Below, one piece after another: positions 10,161 through 20,772 of a stretch of DNA of 64,000 bases. The translations under genes were made by a program, and so were the position numbers. Below the pieces are notes generated by a model. It worked only from the letters and a program-made list of their open reading frames with translations. It ran no database searches and was not told the DNA's origin. Source of the stretch: a virus; IMG/VR virus record IMGVR_UViG_3300030329_004457, positions 1 to 64,000 of that record; one strand, written 5' to 3'. Numbering within the stretch: the first letter of the stretch is position 1; each line of letters opens with the position of its first letter.

Positions 10161-11132
10161 TTAGTGTTCGTTGATGATCATCGATCCCTTCTTATCTACA
10201 TCAACATCAATATATCTATTTTTATATTTTTGCTTAAAAGTTTTTTGATCTATACCTTCTTGTAAGATCCCAAACATAAAGCCAGAACCGCCTGCTCCCA
10301 ACAGCTTGGCACCTATAACGCCGTCTTCTTTTAATTCCTCATATAAGTTATCTAATTTATTATTAGAAATTAAATTCGATATATTTCTTTTATAAGACCA
10401 TGATAGGTCTAGTAATTCTCCAAGACTGGTAATGTCTTGTTTTTCAAACTGACGATATGCTTCGTTAGTAATAGAGGCAATTTTTTTCTGGTACTCCTCT
10501 GCTCTATCGTTCGTATATGATTTAGCTATCTCAAATGAATTTCTATCATTTCCAGTATAAATTACTACAGATCTTTGTAGAAACCTATCTATAAAGCTAT
10601 TACTTATCGGTAAGGGTTTAACCTCGAAACACCCATCTTTATTAATATCTATACGATTAAAGCCTCCATACGCAGACCAAATTTGATCTTGTATACCTCC
10701 CGACTCATTTAATAGTTTACGCTCTACATAAATAGCTTGTCTGGCTAAGTCGTTATTACTACATTTTTGACCTTGAATAGAATGTAATGCGTTTAAAAGT
10801 CCGACCACAAATGCCGAAGAAGATCCCATCCCTGTTTTAGCAGGAATATCTGATAGATGAGAGATGTCTATTCCGTATTCGATATCTAAAAATTGTAATA
10901 CTCCTCGCATACCATCATGCTTAATTTCATCATGATTATTAACTATTTCTATACTGGAATAGCCTAGCTTCGTTTTGTAATCAAATATTGTGGGCGTTTT
11001 ACGAACACATAAATAACAATATTTATCAATAGCAAAGCCCAATACACACGACCCATGTGTTTTGTAAAAGCTTTCATAGTCGGTCGAACCTCCAAACAAT
11101 GAGATTCTAAAAGGCGTTCTAGATATAATCAT
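10161..11132 (-). CDS. hddA: GHMP kinase, HddA-like heptose-7-phosphate 1-kinase
   Basis: SRTPFRISLFGGSTD, IPAKTGMGSSSAF, GIQDQ, KLLGAGGSGF. Confidence 0.85.
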   Translation of the reverse strand: MIISRTPFRISLFGGSTDYESFYKTHGSCVLGFAIDKYCYLCVRKTPTIFDYKTKLGYSSIEIVNNHDEIKHDGMRGVLQFLDIEYGIDISHLSDIPAKTGMGSSSAFVVGLLNALHSIQGQKCSNNDLARQAIYVERKLLNESGGIQDQIWSAYGGFNRIDINKDGCFEVKPLPISNSFIDRFLQRSVVIYTGNDRNSFEIAKSYTNDRAEEYQKKIASITNEAYRQFEKQDITSLGELLDLSWSYKRNISNLISNNKLDNLYEELKEDGVIGAKLLGAGGSGFMFGILQEGIDQKTFKQKYKNRYIDVDVDKKGSMIINEH

Positions 11133-11222
11133 GTAATGTCTCTAAAAATATAGGGTATCCCTTAGTAATGTTAGCTTGCCATTTATGTTCGGGTGGTAGT
11201 TCTTCTTTCGTCGCACATACAA

Positions 11223-12170
11223 TCAATAATTTCGACATCTATCAACATCACTTTCAGATAATAAATTATAAAACTTATCCATTTGCATAATACCATAATC
11301 TAAGTCACGTTTACATTCAAAGCCAAGATCATAAAGTTTTTGACTACTTACAATATAGTCTCTTTTATCAGGATCGGTTTTAGAATTATCAACTGAATAG
11401 GTTGCGTCAAGGAGATTGCATATTTTTTCTACCAACTCTTGCTTAGTTGTATTGATGTTATCATTGCCTAAGTTATATACATTCCCATACATTCTGTGCT
11501 TTTCATATAGAGTGAATAAAAACGCATCCACAATATCTTGAACATGTATATAATTCCTTCGGAAGTGGCCATCAAAAACACTAATATGTCCGTGTTCTTT
11601 AGCTACCTTGACCAAATTATTAACTAGAAGATCTGTGCGAGGACGGTAAGACCAACCAAAGACTGTGGCAAGTCTAAAACATATGGCTTGACTATAATTC
11701 TCTAGTAGTAGATCTTCTGTATTCTGCTTGGTTTGTGCGTAAAGTGAAATAGGGTTTGACGGAGTTTCTTCCGTGCATATATCATCTCCTGTAGTTCCAT
11801 ATCCCGAATTGGTATTGGGGTATATAACGATTTGTGAGTCTAAATATTGTAATAATCTTTTAAACCATGAATAATTGGTTTGTACGGCAAGAACAGGATG
11901 CTTATCACACAATGGCGCTCCTACTAAAGCGGCAAGTGGAATAATAATATCAGCTTCTTTAATACAACGTATAAGATTGGGTGACCACTTATTAATATCT
12001 TCCTTATAAAATTTAATAGATGGATGTAGCATAGACTTCGCTACCAATGTGCCCTGATCATAAAATAAATTATCAAAGCACGTAATATTTGCGCTACCCT
12101 TAAATGCTTCTATAATACTTGTACCTAAATATCCAGCACCTCCAGTAATTAGAATTTTCATACTCCACAC
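11223..12170 (-). CDS. NAD-dependent epimerase/dehydratase
   Basis: TGGAGYLG, YAQTK (YxxxK), FRLATVFG. Confidence 0.9.
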   Translation of the reverse strand: MWSMKILITGGAGYLGTSIIEAFKGSANITCFDNLFYDQGTLVAKSMLHPSIKFYKEDINKWSPNLIRCIKEADIIIPLAALVGAPLCDKHPVLAVQTNYSWFKRLLQYLDSQIVIYPNTNSGYGTTGDDICTEETPSNPISLYAQTKQNTEDLLLENYSQAICFRLATVFGWSYRPRTDLLVNNLVKVAKEHGHISVFDGHFRRNYIHVQDIVDAFLFTLYEKHRMYGNVYNLGNDNINTTKQELVEKICNLLDATYSVDNSKTDPDKRDYIVSSQKLYDLGFECKRDLDYGIMQMDKFYNLLSESDVDRCRNY

Positions 12171-13294
12171 CTTCCTAGTCCTTCTTTTAAAGCCTTTTGA
12201 ATACGATCAAGGTCTGCGTCACTCAAATATTGATGACATCCGATATGGATACCGTTATTGCCTACCCATTCGGATTCAGGAAAATCGCCTAGCTTATAAC
12301 CCAAATCAGCAAAAGCTTGATGTTGTGTTGGAATACATCCAAAATTTCTTTTCCAATGAATGTTATATTTGTCTAATGTAGATTTTATATGCTCTATGTC
12401 ATGTTCTTTTTTACATGTTATACTAAATCCATGAGGACAATTAGTATTTCCATTGTCCTCTTCGGAAAACCATGCTACATCCTCAAAGCCCAAGCACGCT
12501 TTTCTCATCTGCTTCATATATGCATGTCTAGTATAAAAGGTGATCCAGAAATTTTCTATAGCCTCAAGCCCTAAAGAAGCTTCCATATCATTCATTTTGG
12601 AGTTTAACCCAGTACGTTGATGATCAAAGTATATAGAATTGAATGGCCTGCCATGAGATCTGGTTGATGATAAAATATTTCCAACCTCTTCATTGTTAGC
12701 AGAAACCATACCGCCTTCACCACAACACACCAAATGTGCAATATAAAAACTATATATGGACATCTCCCCCCAATGACCTACCGATGTTCCTTGAAGCTTT
12801 GCACCATGTGCTTCACAGGCATCTTCAATCACTTGTAAATTATGCTTACGTGCAATTTCACAAATTATATCCATCTGCGCCATTCTACCCATAGTATGTA
12901 CTGGCATAATTGCTACAGTATTCTTAGTGATCGCCTGTTCTATTTTGGACTCATCAATATTCAATGTTTCTTTTTTTACATCCACAAAGTTAGGGACTAG
13001 TCCAGCAGCACGCACGCCATTAGAAGTTGCTATAAAAGATAGGGCTGGTACAATAACTTCGCTGACGCCCCTTTTGGCATTTTTTAAATCATACAATGCA
13101 AGACATGCATTAATAACCCCGTCCGTTCCAGAACTCATCGCTACGCTTTTTTTATAACTAAATAGATCATTCCATTGCTTTTCAAAAGCTTTAACTTTGG
13201 GACCGCCAGATGCCCAATTAGTATCACACACGTTCATTAAATGTTTACGTGCTATATCACCAATACGTAATTCACCAAATTCTATTTTATGCAT
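12158..13294 (-). CDS. DegT/DnrJ-family PLP enzyme, ColD/RfbH-like sugar 3-dehydratase
   Basis: IEDACEAHGA; SFYIAHLVCCGEGG has His where aminotransferases have the Schiff-base Lys. Confidence 0.85.
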   Translation of the reverse strand: MHKIEFGELRIGDIARKHLMNVCDTNWASGGPKVKAFEKQWNDLFSYKKSVAMSSGTDGVINACLALYDLKNAKRGVSEVIVPALSFIATSNGVRAAGLVPNFVDVKKETLNIDESKIEQAITKNTVAIMPVHTMGRMAQMDIICEIARKHNLQVIEDACEAHGAKLQGTSVGHWGEMSIYSFYIAHLVCCGEGGMVSANNEEVGNILSSTRSHGRPFNSIYFDHQRTGLNSKMNDMEASLGLEAIENFWITFYTRHAYMKQMRKACLGFEDVAWFSEEDNGNTNCPHGFSITCKKEHDIEHIKSTLDKYNIHWKRNFGCIPTQHQAFADLGYKLGDFPESEWVGNNGIHIGCHQYLSDADLDRIQKALKEGLGRCGV

Positions 13295-13348
13295 TTTAAC
13301 CTTTAAAATATTCTGGGATTAATAGAAACAATATTGCATCCAAATTCT

Positions 13349-14542
13349 TTACGAAATTGAGAACCATTTATAATGCTCGAAAAAGGGACTCTGGTCATTC
13401 TCTATAATATATTTAAACTGATTAAAGAAGCTATGCTTTTTAACCCACTCCTTTTGCTTAGTTAAAATATGCGTGGTTGTTTCCATATCTTTTGTTACTT
13501 CATCATACGTTGCTTTTATAGTGTCAAAGTTATTATATTCATATAGAGGAAAAACATCTTGATAAAAAATAGCGTTCCAGTAGTAATCATCATATATGAG
13601 AACCACATTTAAAAGTGGGGCCAGAAAATCTTTAACCCCCTTCATGCATCTCGCAATACGTCTTTGCATTATGTGTTGTTGATAATAATGAGGTGTTTGT
13701 ATCTGGGACGAAGAGCAAGAAGGTTTTAAGCAGTCTGGATTCTTACATGGATGATAGTAGGTAGACTTGTTACTCAACTCCTTGACTTTGTCCCCCCAAG
13801 CAGATGATGTGTTTCCTAGATGAACTTTTATCTGTAAATACTCTTGCAGCGTTTGTTCTATGTTATATGTAGACAAGCGTGTAGTGGTTGCCTGTCCTAA
13901 AAATGGGTTTTTAAAATGCTTGTGCAAATATGTCTTTAGATTGGAACGATACTCGTTTTTATGTTTAAAACTCATAAGACATCCAATGTCGTACTGCCTT
14001 CCCTCAGTAGGAGCTGGAAATTGATTAATTATTTCTATCAGTTTTTTACATGGTGTGGAAATATAAAAATGAGCCTTGACACCCAATTGTTCGCGTAAAA
14101 AATTAATACTTCTTGGATCATTAGTTAGATATAAATTTGCTAGCTCTAAGTTAAGCATATTGTTAAGTTGGTAATAGTCATCCCATGCTAAAACAATTAT
14201 TTCGCACTCTTCGTTACATAGCTTTAAATCTATTAGGCTAAAATAATCATCCTGCAACATCCATGATTCTATAATAAAAAGAATCTTTCCTAGCTTTTTA
14301 AGTTCTCTATTATATACATCGTATATGTCAAATCGTGGACCGAGTTGAATATTGTACAACTCTGCGTCTAGTAGTTCAGCGATTTCTGACATATCTAGAT
14401 AAAAGCTCATTTCTGAGTTTAAAGTATATCTGTTAAAAAGCTGTTCGCTATTATATGAGGAATCCGCAAAGTTTCCCCCCATGGGATCTACTTCTAGAGG
14501 CGTAGTTCTAAAACATATTACTGTATCGAATCCCACACGCAT
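13349..14542 (-). CDS. Hypothetical protein in glycosylation cluster (possible glycosyltransferase)
   Basis: 397-aa ORF; context only. Confidence 0.5.
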   Translation of the reverse strand: MRVGFDTVICFRTTPLEVDPMGGNFADSSYNSEQLFNRYTLNSEMSFYLDMSEIAELLDAELYNIQLGPRFDIYDVYNRELKKLGKILFIIESWMLQDDYFSLIDLKLCNEECEIIVLAWDDYYQLNNMLNLELANLYLTNDPRSINFLREQLGVKAHFYISTPCKKLIEIINQFPAPTEGRQYDIGCLMSFKHKNEYRSNLKTYLHKHFKNPFLGQATTTRLSTYNIEQTLQEYLQIKVHLGNTSSAWGDKVKELSNKSTYYHPCKNPDCLKPSCSSSQIQTPHYYQQHIMQRRIARCMKGVKDFLAPLLNVVLIYDDYYWNAIFYQDVFPLYEYNNFDTIKATYDEVTKDMETTTHILTKQKEWVKKHSFFNQFKYIIENDQSPFFEHYKWFSIS

Positions 14543-14612
14543 TAATTTATCTCTTATTGCTTACTTTCTAAATCATAATCTTGTATTAGGTCACGATCAA
14601 TAGATTGTTTGC

Positions 14613-15779
14613 TTAGTATAGCATATCCTTCACCATATCTTTAACGGCTTGTTGTTGTATAGGATTAAGTTCGTCTTGAGCCGATTGTGTCGAGACCGCT
14701 GAAGTCGTACTACCATTTTGCTTCGTCGCGTAGCCATCTAGAACGCTCTTTTCAGAATTAGAGTCTGTATCTTGAGCAGTCTCGCCCATCGCAGATACAG
14801 CTCTATCCTTCGAAGCAGGTACTAGTTGGTCTGTTAGGTTATTAGTCGCCATAGTTAAATGCTGAGCCGTAGCTGGTACTAATTGGGGTATGACATTACG
14901 ACAATGACAATTAGAACATATAGTCATATTTGGATTAACCGTATTAACGGGTATTAAAATTTCAGAACCACAAACCTTACATGTCACAGACATATACATT
15001 ACTATTGCTGATATTGGATTAACTTCTGAAGCAAGGTTTGAATAAACGACTTCATCTAGTTTGCTTACGCCCGCCTGTCCTGTTTCCAAAAAATATGTAT
15101 CAATCCCCTGAAAACGTTCTATCTCAATTCCGGCATTTTCATCATGATTATAGACTACTACTTCAGGGATGTTAAAAAATCTATTGGCTAAGCTAGTATG
15201 AAATACTTTAGCTAAACCAATCTTAGCGGCGTCTATAGATAGATCTACCGGAACTAAATATCCTAATGTGTCATATACTTGACGAGTAATTAATGGGAAA
15301 ATTGCATAGTCAAATTTAAACCAGTTACGCTCTGTTCTATTTATCATAGACGGATGTTTGTAGTCGTTGGCGTTTTTAGATCGTTCGTTAGTTTTAACAC
15401 ACAATAAAGTATCTCGTTTGGTTTGTAAAAAGGATCTCATAGAGCCTTCTATTATAGAATCAAAGTTCTTGGTTTGTATCTCTATCTCATCACTTAGAAG
15501 CCACAAGCATTGACCACTAGATTGTTCTACAAGCAATGGTAAGATATCTTTGTTGACAGATGTGGAAAAAGTCCATTTAAAAGCCAGTTTTGTAATTGAT
15601 AAACCCTTATTATAAGTTGTCAACAGCTCCTGCGTTTCTGCATCCTCTATATCATGCCCTATAACAACTTCAATATTATTGTAGCTAGAAGCATTAACAG
15701 CAATACTATCTAATGCTCTTTGTAAAGATTTAGTATTGTTTCGCGTTGTAATAAAAATAGAAATCATTTTAGTCCTCAT
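14613..15779 (-). CDS. GT2-like glycosyltransferase with C-terminal Zn-ribbon
   Basis: ISIFITTRNN..LQRALDSI start; CKVC..CSNC. Confidence 0.65.
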   Translation of the reverse strand: MRTKMISIFITTRNNTKSLQRALDSIAVNASSYNNIEVVIGHDIEDAETQELLTTYNKGLSITKLAFKWTFSTSVNKDILPLLVEQSSGQCLWLLSDEIEIQTKNFDSIIEGSMRSFLQTKRDTLLCVKTNERSKNANDYKHPSMINRTERNWFKFDYAIFPLITRQVYDTLGYLVPVDLSIDAAKIGLAKVFHTSLANRFFNIPEVVVYNHDENAGIEIERFQGIDTYFLETGQAGVSKLDEVVYSNLASEVNPISAIVMYMSVTCKVCGSEILIPVNTVNPNMTICSNCHCRNVIPQLVPATAQHLTMATNNLTDQLVPASKDRAVSAMGETAQDTDSNSEKSVLDGYATKQNGSTTSAVSTQSAQDELNPIQQQAVKDMVKDMLY

Positions 15780-17284
15780 GTACCTAGTATTCTTCGTTTA
15801 ATTTTTATAGAAGTCATATTTTTAATACTTTCAATAGCTTTTGGTCCAAATTTATTTTCAATCATATTTAAGAAACGAGGACTCTCAAAGAGAACATGAA
15901 ATGCATAGTCACGAAATGCTAATGTGTCTTGAGATGATAATGAATATGTTTGACTAGGAATATGATCATATGATAGAAATCCATATCCTGAATATGTTTC
16001 TGGTAATACCCATCCTTCTTGTTGTGCTTTTAAATGTAAGGGACTTCCGGGTAAAGATGTTGCAGCATATATATTAGAATTTTCGGCATTAAGCTCCAAT
16101 GCTAAATTTAATGTTTCTTGCATAGTATCCCAAGTATCATGTCCAAGCCCCACAATATAGTTTGCGCAGACGTTGATTCCAGCGTCTTGAATCATTTTGG
16201 TAACTTCTCTAATATTAATATCTTCAAATTTCCCTTTAGTAATCTCCCGTCTAATTTCTTGATTGCCCGCCTCTATACCAATAGCAAGCCAATTAACCCC
16301 GGCCTGTTTTAGCTTTTCTAAATATTGTGGCTTTACTGTATCTATCCTAGTATACGCCCATATATTAAAATTATATTGTCTTTCAATTATTAAATCGCAT
16401 AAGGTCATAAAATGTTTTGGTTTTAATACCCACATTTCATCTGCAATTTTAAGTTGCTTAATACCCTTTTCAGCTAAATAATCCAGTTGTTTAATAGTAA
16501 ATTCAGGATTCCAAAATCTAAATTTATTAAAAGACGATGACGCTTTAAGAGGGTCGTTATCATCTCTATTAATTATATTGATCATACAAAATTCACACTT
16601 ATAGATACATCCTAATGAGGTGTATATACTGGCAAATGGACTTCTATCTTCGTCTATAAAATTGCAATGCCAATGACTAGTGCGATACTTTGATAAGTCT
16701 GGCATCAGATCAAAAGCAACACCCGGAAGATCTATCTCTAATCGTTCTTGCGGCACTACGCGCTCTGGAGGGTTGGTATTGATCTGTCCGTCTGAATCTC
16801 GATATAAAATACCTTTAACGGATTTTAGTTCTGAGTCGCTTAAGTTTGTAGATAATATATTATTTAACGCATAGACACCTTCATTTGTAAAAACTATATC
16901 TATACAACTATGCGCTTGCATGGTTTGTAACGGTAGTGCATTAACATGCGGACCTACAATACCAATTTTATATTCAGGATATGAATTTCTCAGTGCTTCG
17001 GCACTCTCTATAGCTCCTTGCATTGCTGGAGTCGAAGCACTCGGATTTTGACCTGTTGCAACAAATAATACAAACTTTGGTTGATATTCATTTACTGAAT
17101 TACAAAAACTTTCAAGGCTAGTATCTTGAATTTCTATATCGTGAACTATAACTTCAAATCCATTACTACGAACCGAGTTGGCAAGAAGTCCTGCCCATAT
17201 ATTAGGTTCTATAGCGGAAAAATCATTCTTTAACGATTGATATATACTTGAAGAACTAGGAGATACAATTAAAACATCTACCAT
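15776..17284 (-). CDS. Cobalamin-binding radical SAM enzyme (class B methyltransferase-like)
   Basis: N-terminal B12-binding domain; GCIYKCEFC (CxxxCxxC); GIEAGNQ. Confidence 0.9.
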   Translation of the reverse strand: MVDVLIVSPSSSSIYQSLKNDFSAIEPNIWAGLLANSVRSNGFEVIVHDIEIQDTSLESFCNSVNEYQPKFVLFVATGQNPSASTPAMQGAIESAEALRNSYPEYKIGIVGPHVNALPLQTMQAHSCIDIVFTNEGVYALNNILSTNLSDSELKSVKGILYRDSDGQINTNPPERVVPQERLEIDLPGVAFDLMPDLSKYRTSHWHCNFIDEDRSPFASIYTSLGCIYKCEFCMINIINRDDNDPLKASSSFNKFRFWNPEFTIKQLDYLAEKGIKQLKIADEMWVLKPKHFMTLCDLIIERQYNFNIWAYTRIDTVKPQYLEKLKQAGVNWLAIGIEAGNQEIRREITKGKFEDINIREVTKMIQDAGINVCANYIVGLGHDTWDTMQETLNLALELNAENSNIYAATSLPGSPLHLKAQQEGWVLPETYSGYGFLSYDHIPSQTYSLSSQDTLAFRDYAFHVLFESPRFLNMIENKFGPKAIESIKNMTSIKIKRRILGT

Positions 17285-17295
17285 GCTTGCTACCT

Positions 17296-18036
17296 CTACA
17301 TAGAAAAACGCGATTGAGCTTGATTGCCGCCCCTGTCGAGAAACTCTCTTTCTCTCATAGATTCCGTAACACTGTCGGATTCTGTTTTTTGATTATGAAT
17401 CGATATATGTTGTATTGCAATCTGCGTGCATAAATCTATCATTTCAAAAGAACTATCAGCACGACATCTATGGTATAGTATGATATCACCACCCCATGCT
17501 CTGGCGTCAGCAGGCATTGGACCTCTTGTTTTAATGGCGTAGTTAGTAGATATGATTGGGAAACAAGAGCCTGCATCTTTATTTCCAGCCGTGCAGGCAT
17601 CATTACAATGTGTATCGTCATCTATGTAAACATAATATGACTTAGTATCATTAGCAATATCCTCAAATGTATGCTGCAAAGATTTCTGCAATATCATATC
17701 CCACCCATCCGTTGTCAACAGAATGTCATTACCTAAAATCCATACATAATAAGACTCAGCTAATAGCGCTGCCAAATTAAAATAATCTTTATTAAGATGG
17801 GATGCTTGATGTCGGACGATATTAAATAGCTCATAAGATGGTTGAGTGTTGTTATAGAATGTGCTGATATTGGCTATATCATCAGGAGCATTCCAATCTG
17901 TTAGTGTTATCACTCGAATTTGACTTTTATCATGCGTGCTGTTTTCTATACTTTGTAAAAAGTCGATAGTTTTGTCGTGACGCTCTCTACAAGGCACCAA
18001 TAAGGTAATTAGCTTTTCAAAGTTTCGATAAAACAT
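17296..18036 (-). CDS. GT2-like glycosyltransferase
   Basis: ITLLVPCRER start; paralogous to 24408-25103 and 14613-15779. Confidence 0.6.
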   Translation of the reverse strand: MFYRNFEKLITLLVPCRERHDKTIDFLQSIENSTHDKSQIRVITLTDWNAPDDIANISTFYNNTQPSYELFNIVRHQASHLNKDYFNLAALLAESYYVWILGNDILLTTDGWDMILQKSLQHTFEDIANDTKSYYVYIDDDTHCNDACTAGNKDAGSCFPIISTNYAIKTRGPMPADARAWGGDIILYHRCRADSSFEMIDLCTQIAIQHISIHNQKTESDSVTESMREREFLDRGGNQAQSRFSM

Positions 18037-19004
18037 TATACTTCCCCTCTCAATTCGTTCATAAAAAATTTAATACTATCTTCAAAAGAGTGCTTAGGCT
18101 TCCACCCCGTATGCTCTTTGAACTTAGAGCAGTCGGGAACTTGCAGGGTAACGTCTACGGGTCTCATCAACGAAGGACACTGTTCTGTTTTGATAGGAAC
18201 ATGAGAGTTTTTAATTAAAATATTCAAAAAATCTCCAACAGATATTGATGTCTCTCCTCCTATATTATATACCTCACCCGTAACTCCCTTGGTTACACTA
18301 TACCAATATGACTCCATAGCATCTCTAACATCTATTAGCGTTCTTATAGAATTTAGATTTCCATGCTTCAATACGTCTAGCTCACCTCGTTCGATTTTAA
18401 TAATTTGCGAAGCAAATGAAGAGGCAAATAAATCATTTCGCCTTGCATTTAAGTATGAAAACATTCTTGTACGTATTATTTTTAAATCAAAACTATGCTG
18501 ATATACCAAACCTAAACTGTCTTGTGCCAGCTTGGAAGAGGCATAAGGATTAACGGGCTTTAGAGGACAGCTTTCTTTAATGGGAACGTCTTCTTTCGAT
18601 ACTAATCCATAAACTTCCGACGTGCTGCATAGTTGTATCATAGGGTCGTATTGATCCGTTTCCTTTATCGTTCTTATAGCTTCTAATAGATTAAGAGTAA
18701 TGTTTACATTATTATTATACATAGATAGGACGTTGTCGAATGCGTCTCTAACATGTGCCAATGACGCTAAATGGAAAATAATATCGGGACGTTCACGATT
18801 TATTATTCTAAATAAATTAGCAAAATCACACAAATCACAGCTATAGACTTTAACTTTATCGTGAATACGAAAAAGGTTTTTGCGTGAGGTGGTACTATGC
18901 CATCTAGAAGTGCCAATGACTTGACAGTCAGCTATATTGTCCACCAGATATTCCGCTAGATAGCTTCCTCCACTGCCCGTAATTCCAGTGATTAAAATTT
19001 TCAT
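18036..19004 (-). CDS. GDP-mannose 4,6-dehydratase / Rmd-like SDR
   Basis: ITGITGSGGSYLAE, STSEVYG, PYASSK, GNLNSIR..DVRD, MRPVDV. Confidence 0.85.
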   Translation of the reverse strand: MKILITGITGSGGSYLAEYLVDNIADCQVIGTSRWHSTTSRKNLFRIHDKVKVYSCDLCDFANLFRIINRERPDIIFHLASLAHVRDAFDNVLSMYNNNVNITLNLLEAIRTIKETDQYDPMIQLCSTSEVYGLVSKEDVPIKESCPLKPVNPYASSKLAQDSLGLVYQHSFDLKIIRTRMFSYLNARRNDLFASSFASQIIKIERGELDVLKHGNLNSIRTLIDVRDAMESYWYSVTKGVTGEVYNIGGETSISVGDFLNILIKNSHVPIKTEQCPSLMRPVDVTLQVPDCSKFKEHTGWKPKHSFEDSIKFFMNELRGEV

Positions 19005-19031
19005 GAATAATCCCCTTTACTATCTTACGTA

Positions 19032-20072
19032 TTATCGATATATTTTGTCAACATTTTCATTAAACCACGCCACTGTTTTTTGTAATCCATCACTTAATGA
19101 AATAGTGGGTTTAAAATTTAATTCCGAAGCAATTCGCTCAACAGAGACAAGTCTCTTTTTAATCATCTTAGGCTTGTCTGTAAGATAAGTAATTTCTGGG
19201 TGGGTATTACATATTTCACCTAACATATTAACTATCTCATTGACAGTATAGTTTTCACCAACTCCAACATTATATGCATTAAATCCTGTACATTCAAACG
19301 ACCTTACCACATACTCGACGACATCATCTACATATATTAAATCCCTTGAGTCTTCACCATCTCCCCATATCTCTAAAGGAAACAGTTTTTCACAGAACTT
19401 TCTCACCATAGCAGCGAGGACATGAGATGTCTCTAGGTCAAACTTAGCATATGGGCCATAGACGTTTGACAACCTTAAGACTGTGCAGTCCATAAGATTC
19501 AATTTCTCTGAATATAGTCTCATTAAAACTTCAGTATACCTTTTCATCCATCCTACACTAAAGTACGCATCGAAAGGGTCTCCGTCAAACATGTTTTCTT
19601 CATACATTATTTCTTCAGTGTCTGGATACCCCGTTGTACTTCCAAAGTAGATTACTTTTTTTACACCATTTTTATAAGCTCCATCAAGCAGATTAACATT
19701 CATGATAATATTATCATTGACGAGACCTAGTGGATTATCCTGTATAAAAGACGCTCCAAAAGAAACGGCGCTACATAACACTAAGATGTCTACATCTTTT
19801 GTTATTGAGTGACATTGCTCTTTATCTGTAAGATCGCACTTGACTAAAGTTATACTGTCATTATCATGAAGATTATAATAGTAATCCCTCTCCGTATGTG
19901 TTGTTACAACAATATCTGAAAACCCTCTTTCCACTAGTCCTTTCACTATATTCAAACCAATGAAGCCTGTGCCTCCAGTGACTAAAACTTTTTTATGTTG
20001 CATCTTTGTGTCCTTTAATTTTTTACTAGGGCTATTATATATAATGTTGTTTCTAACAATACTTCTTTGCAA
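19032..20072 (-). CDS. NAD-dependent epimerase/reductase (Fcl/ColC-like)
   Basis: TGGTGFIG, SNVYGP, SHVLAAMVRK, WGDG..RDLIYVDD; true start probably the internal MQHKK. Confidence 0.85.
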   Translation of the reverse strand: MQRSIVRNNIIYNSPSKKLKDTKMQHKKVLVTGGTGFIGLNIVKGLVERGFSDIVVTTHTERDYYYNLHDNDSITLVKCDLTDKEQCHSITKDVDILVLCSAVSFGASFIQDNPLGLVNDNIIMNVNLLDGAYKNGVKKVIYFGSTTGYPDTEEIMYEENMFDGDPFDAYFSVGWMKRYTEVLMRLYSEKLNLMDCTVLRLSNVYGPYAKFDLETSHVLAAMVRKFCEKLFPLEIWGDGEDSRDLIYVDDVVEYVVRSFECTGFNAYNVGVGENYTVNEIVNMLGEICNTHPEITYLTDKPKMIKKRLVSVERIASELNFKPTISLSDGLQKTVAWFNENVDKIYR

Positions 20073-20760
20073 ATTCTCGAACTATTGACTCGCTACTCCT
20101 ACTGGCAAAGTCGGGCATATACTTTGACAAAGCAGAGTTGTCTACGTCTGGTGATTCATACTTATATCTGCCCTCATTGCTTTTAACGGGCTCTGTATAG
20201 AAGTCATAGAGATGGGTTTTTGATGCAGGAACGAAATCTATTATTCCCGATATGTTTTCATGCATAGCTATTTTAATAAATTCTAATACGTGTGAATGAT
20301 TGCAATAGTAAAAACTAGAATCTAAGTCCAATGTAACACTGTCGGTTTCGCCAAGAAGTATTCTTTGTATAGAGTTTTTCTGTATATATTTTCCTAACAT
20401 AGCACATAACCTAATTGATAAATTGTTCTTATTAGCTGTTTGTACAATGTCTTCACATCTTTTTTTAGCATCAATATAAAAACTATTTTCCTTTCTATAA
20501 ACATCTATAGAAGACATAAAAATAAGCTTTGTTTTTGCCAATGAACATAGACGAGTTGTTAAATCTACATTTTGCACCATACAAGACTGAGAATTACCTT
20601 TATCAACAGCGCAATGGATAATGTAGTCGTATTTATTATTAGAGCTTAAGATACTATTTCCGTTATCTCTATTAAGCTTTTCAGCATCGGGAAAATGGTC
20701 ACAGAGATATCTTCCTAACCCACTATTAGACCCTGTTATAAGTATCTGTTTCTCGCTCAT
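20053..20760 (-). CDS. Short NAD-dependent epimerase/dehydratase
   Basis: ITGSNSGLG, SSIDVY, YIDAK. Confidence 0.75.
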   Translation of the reverse strand: MSEKQILITGSNSGLGRYLCDHFPDAEKLNRDNGNSILSSNNKYDYIIHCAVDKGNSQSCMVQNVDLTTRLCSLAKTKLIFMSSIDVYRKENSFYIDAKKRCEDIVQTANKNNLSIRLCAMLGKYIQKNSIQRILLGETDSVTLDLDSSFYYCNHSHVLEFIKIAMHENISGIIDFVPASKTHLYDFYTEPVKSNEGRYKYESPDVDNSALSKYMPDFASRSSESIVREFAKKYC

Positions 20761-20772
20761 ACTAATTGCCTA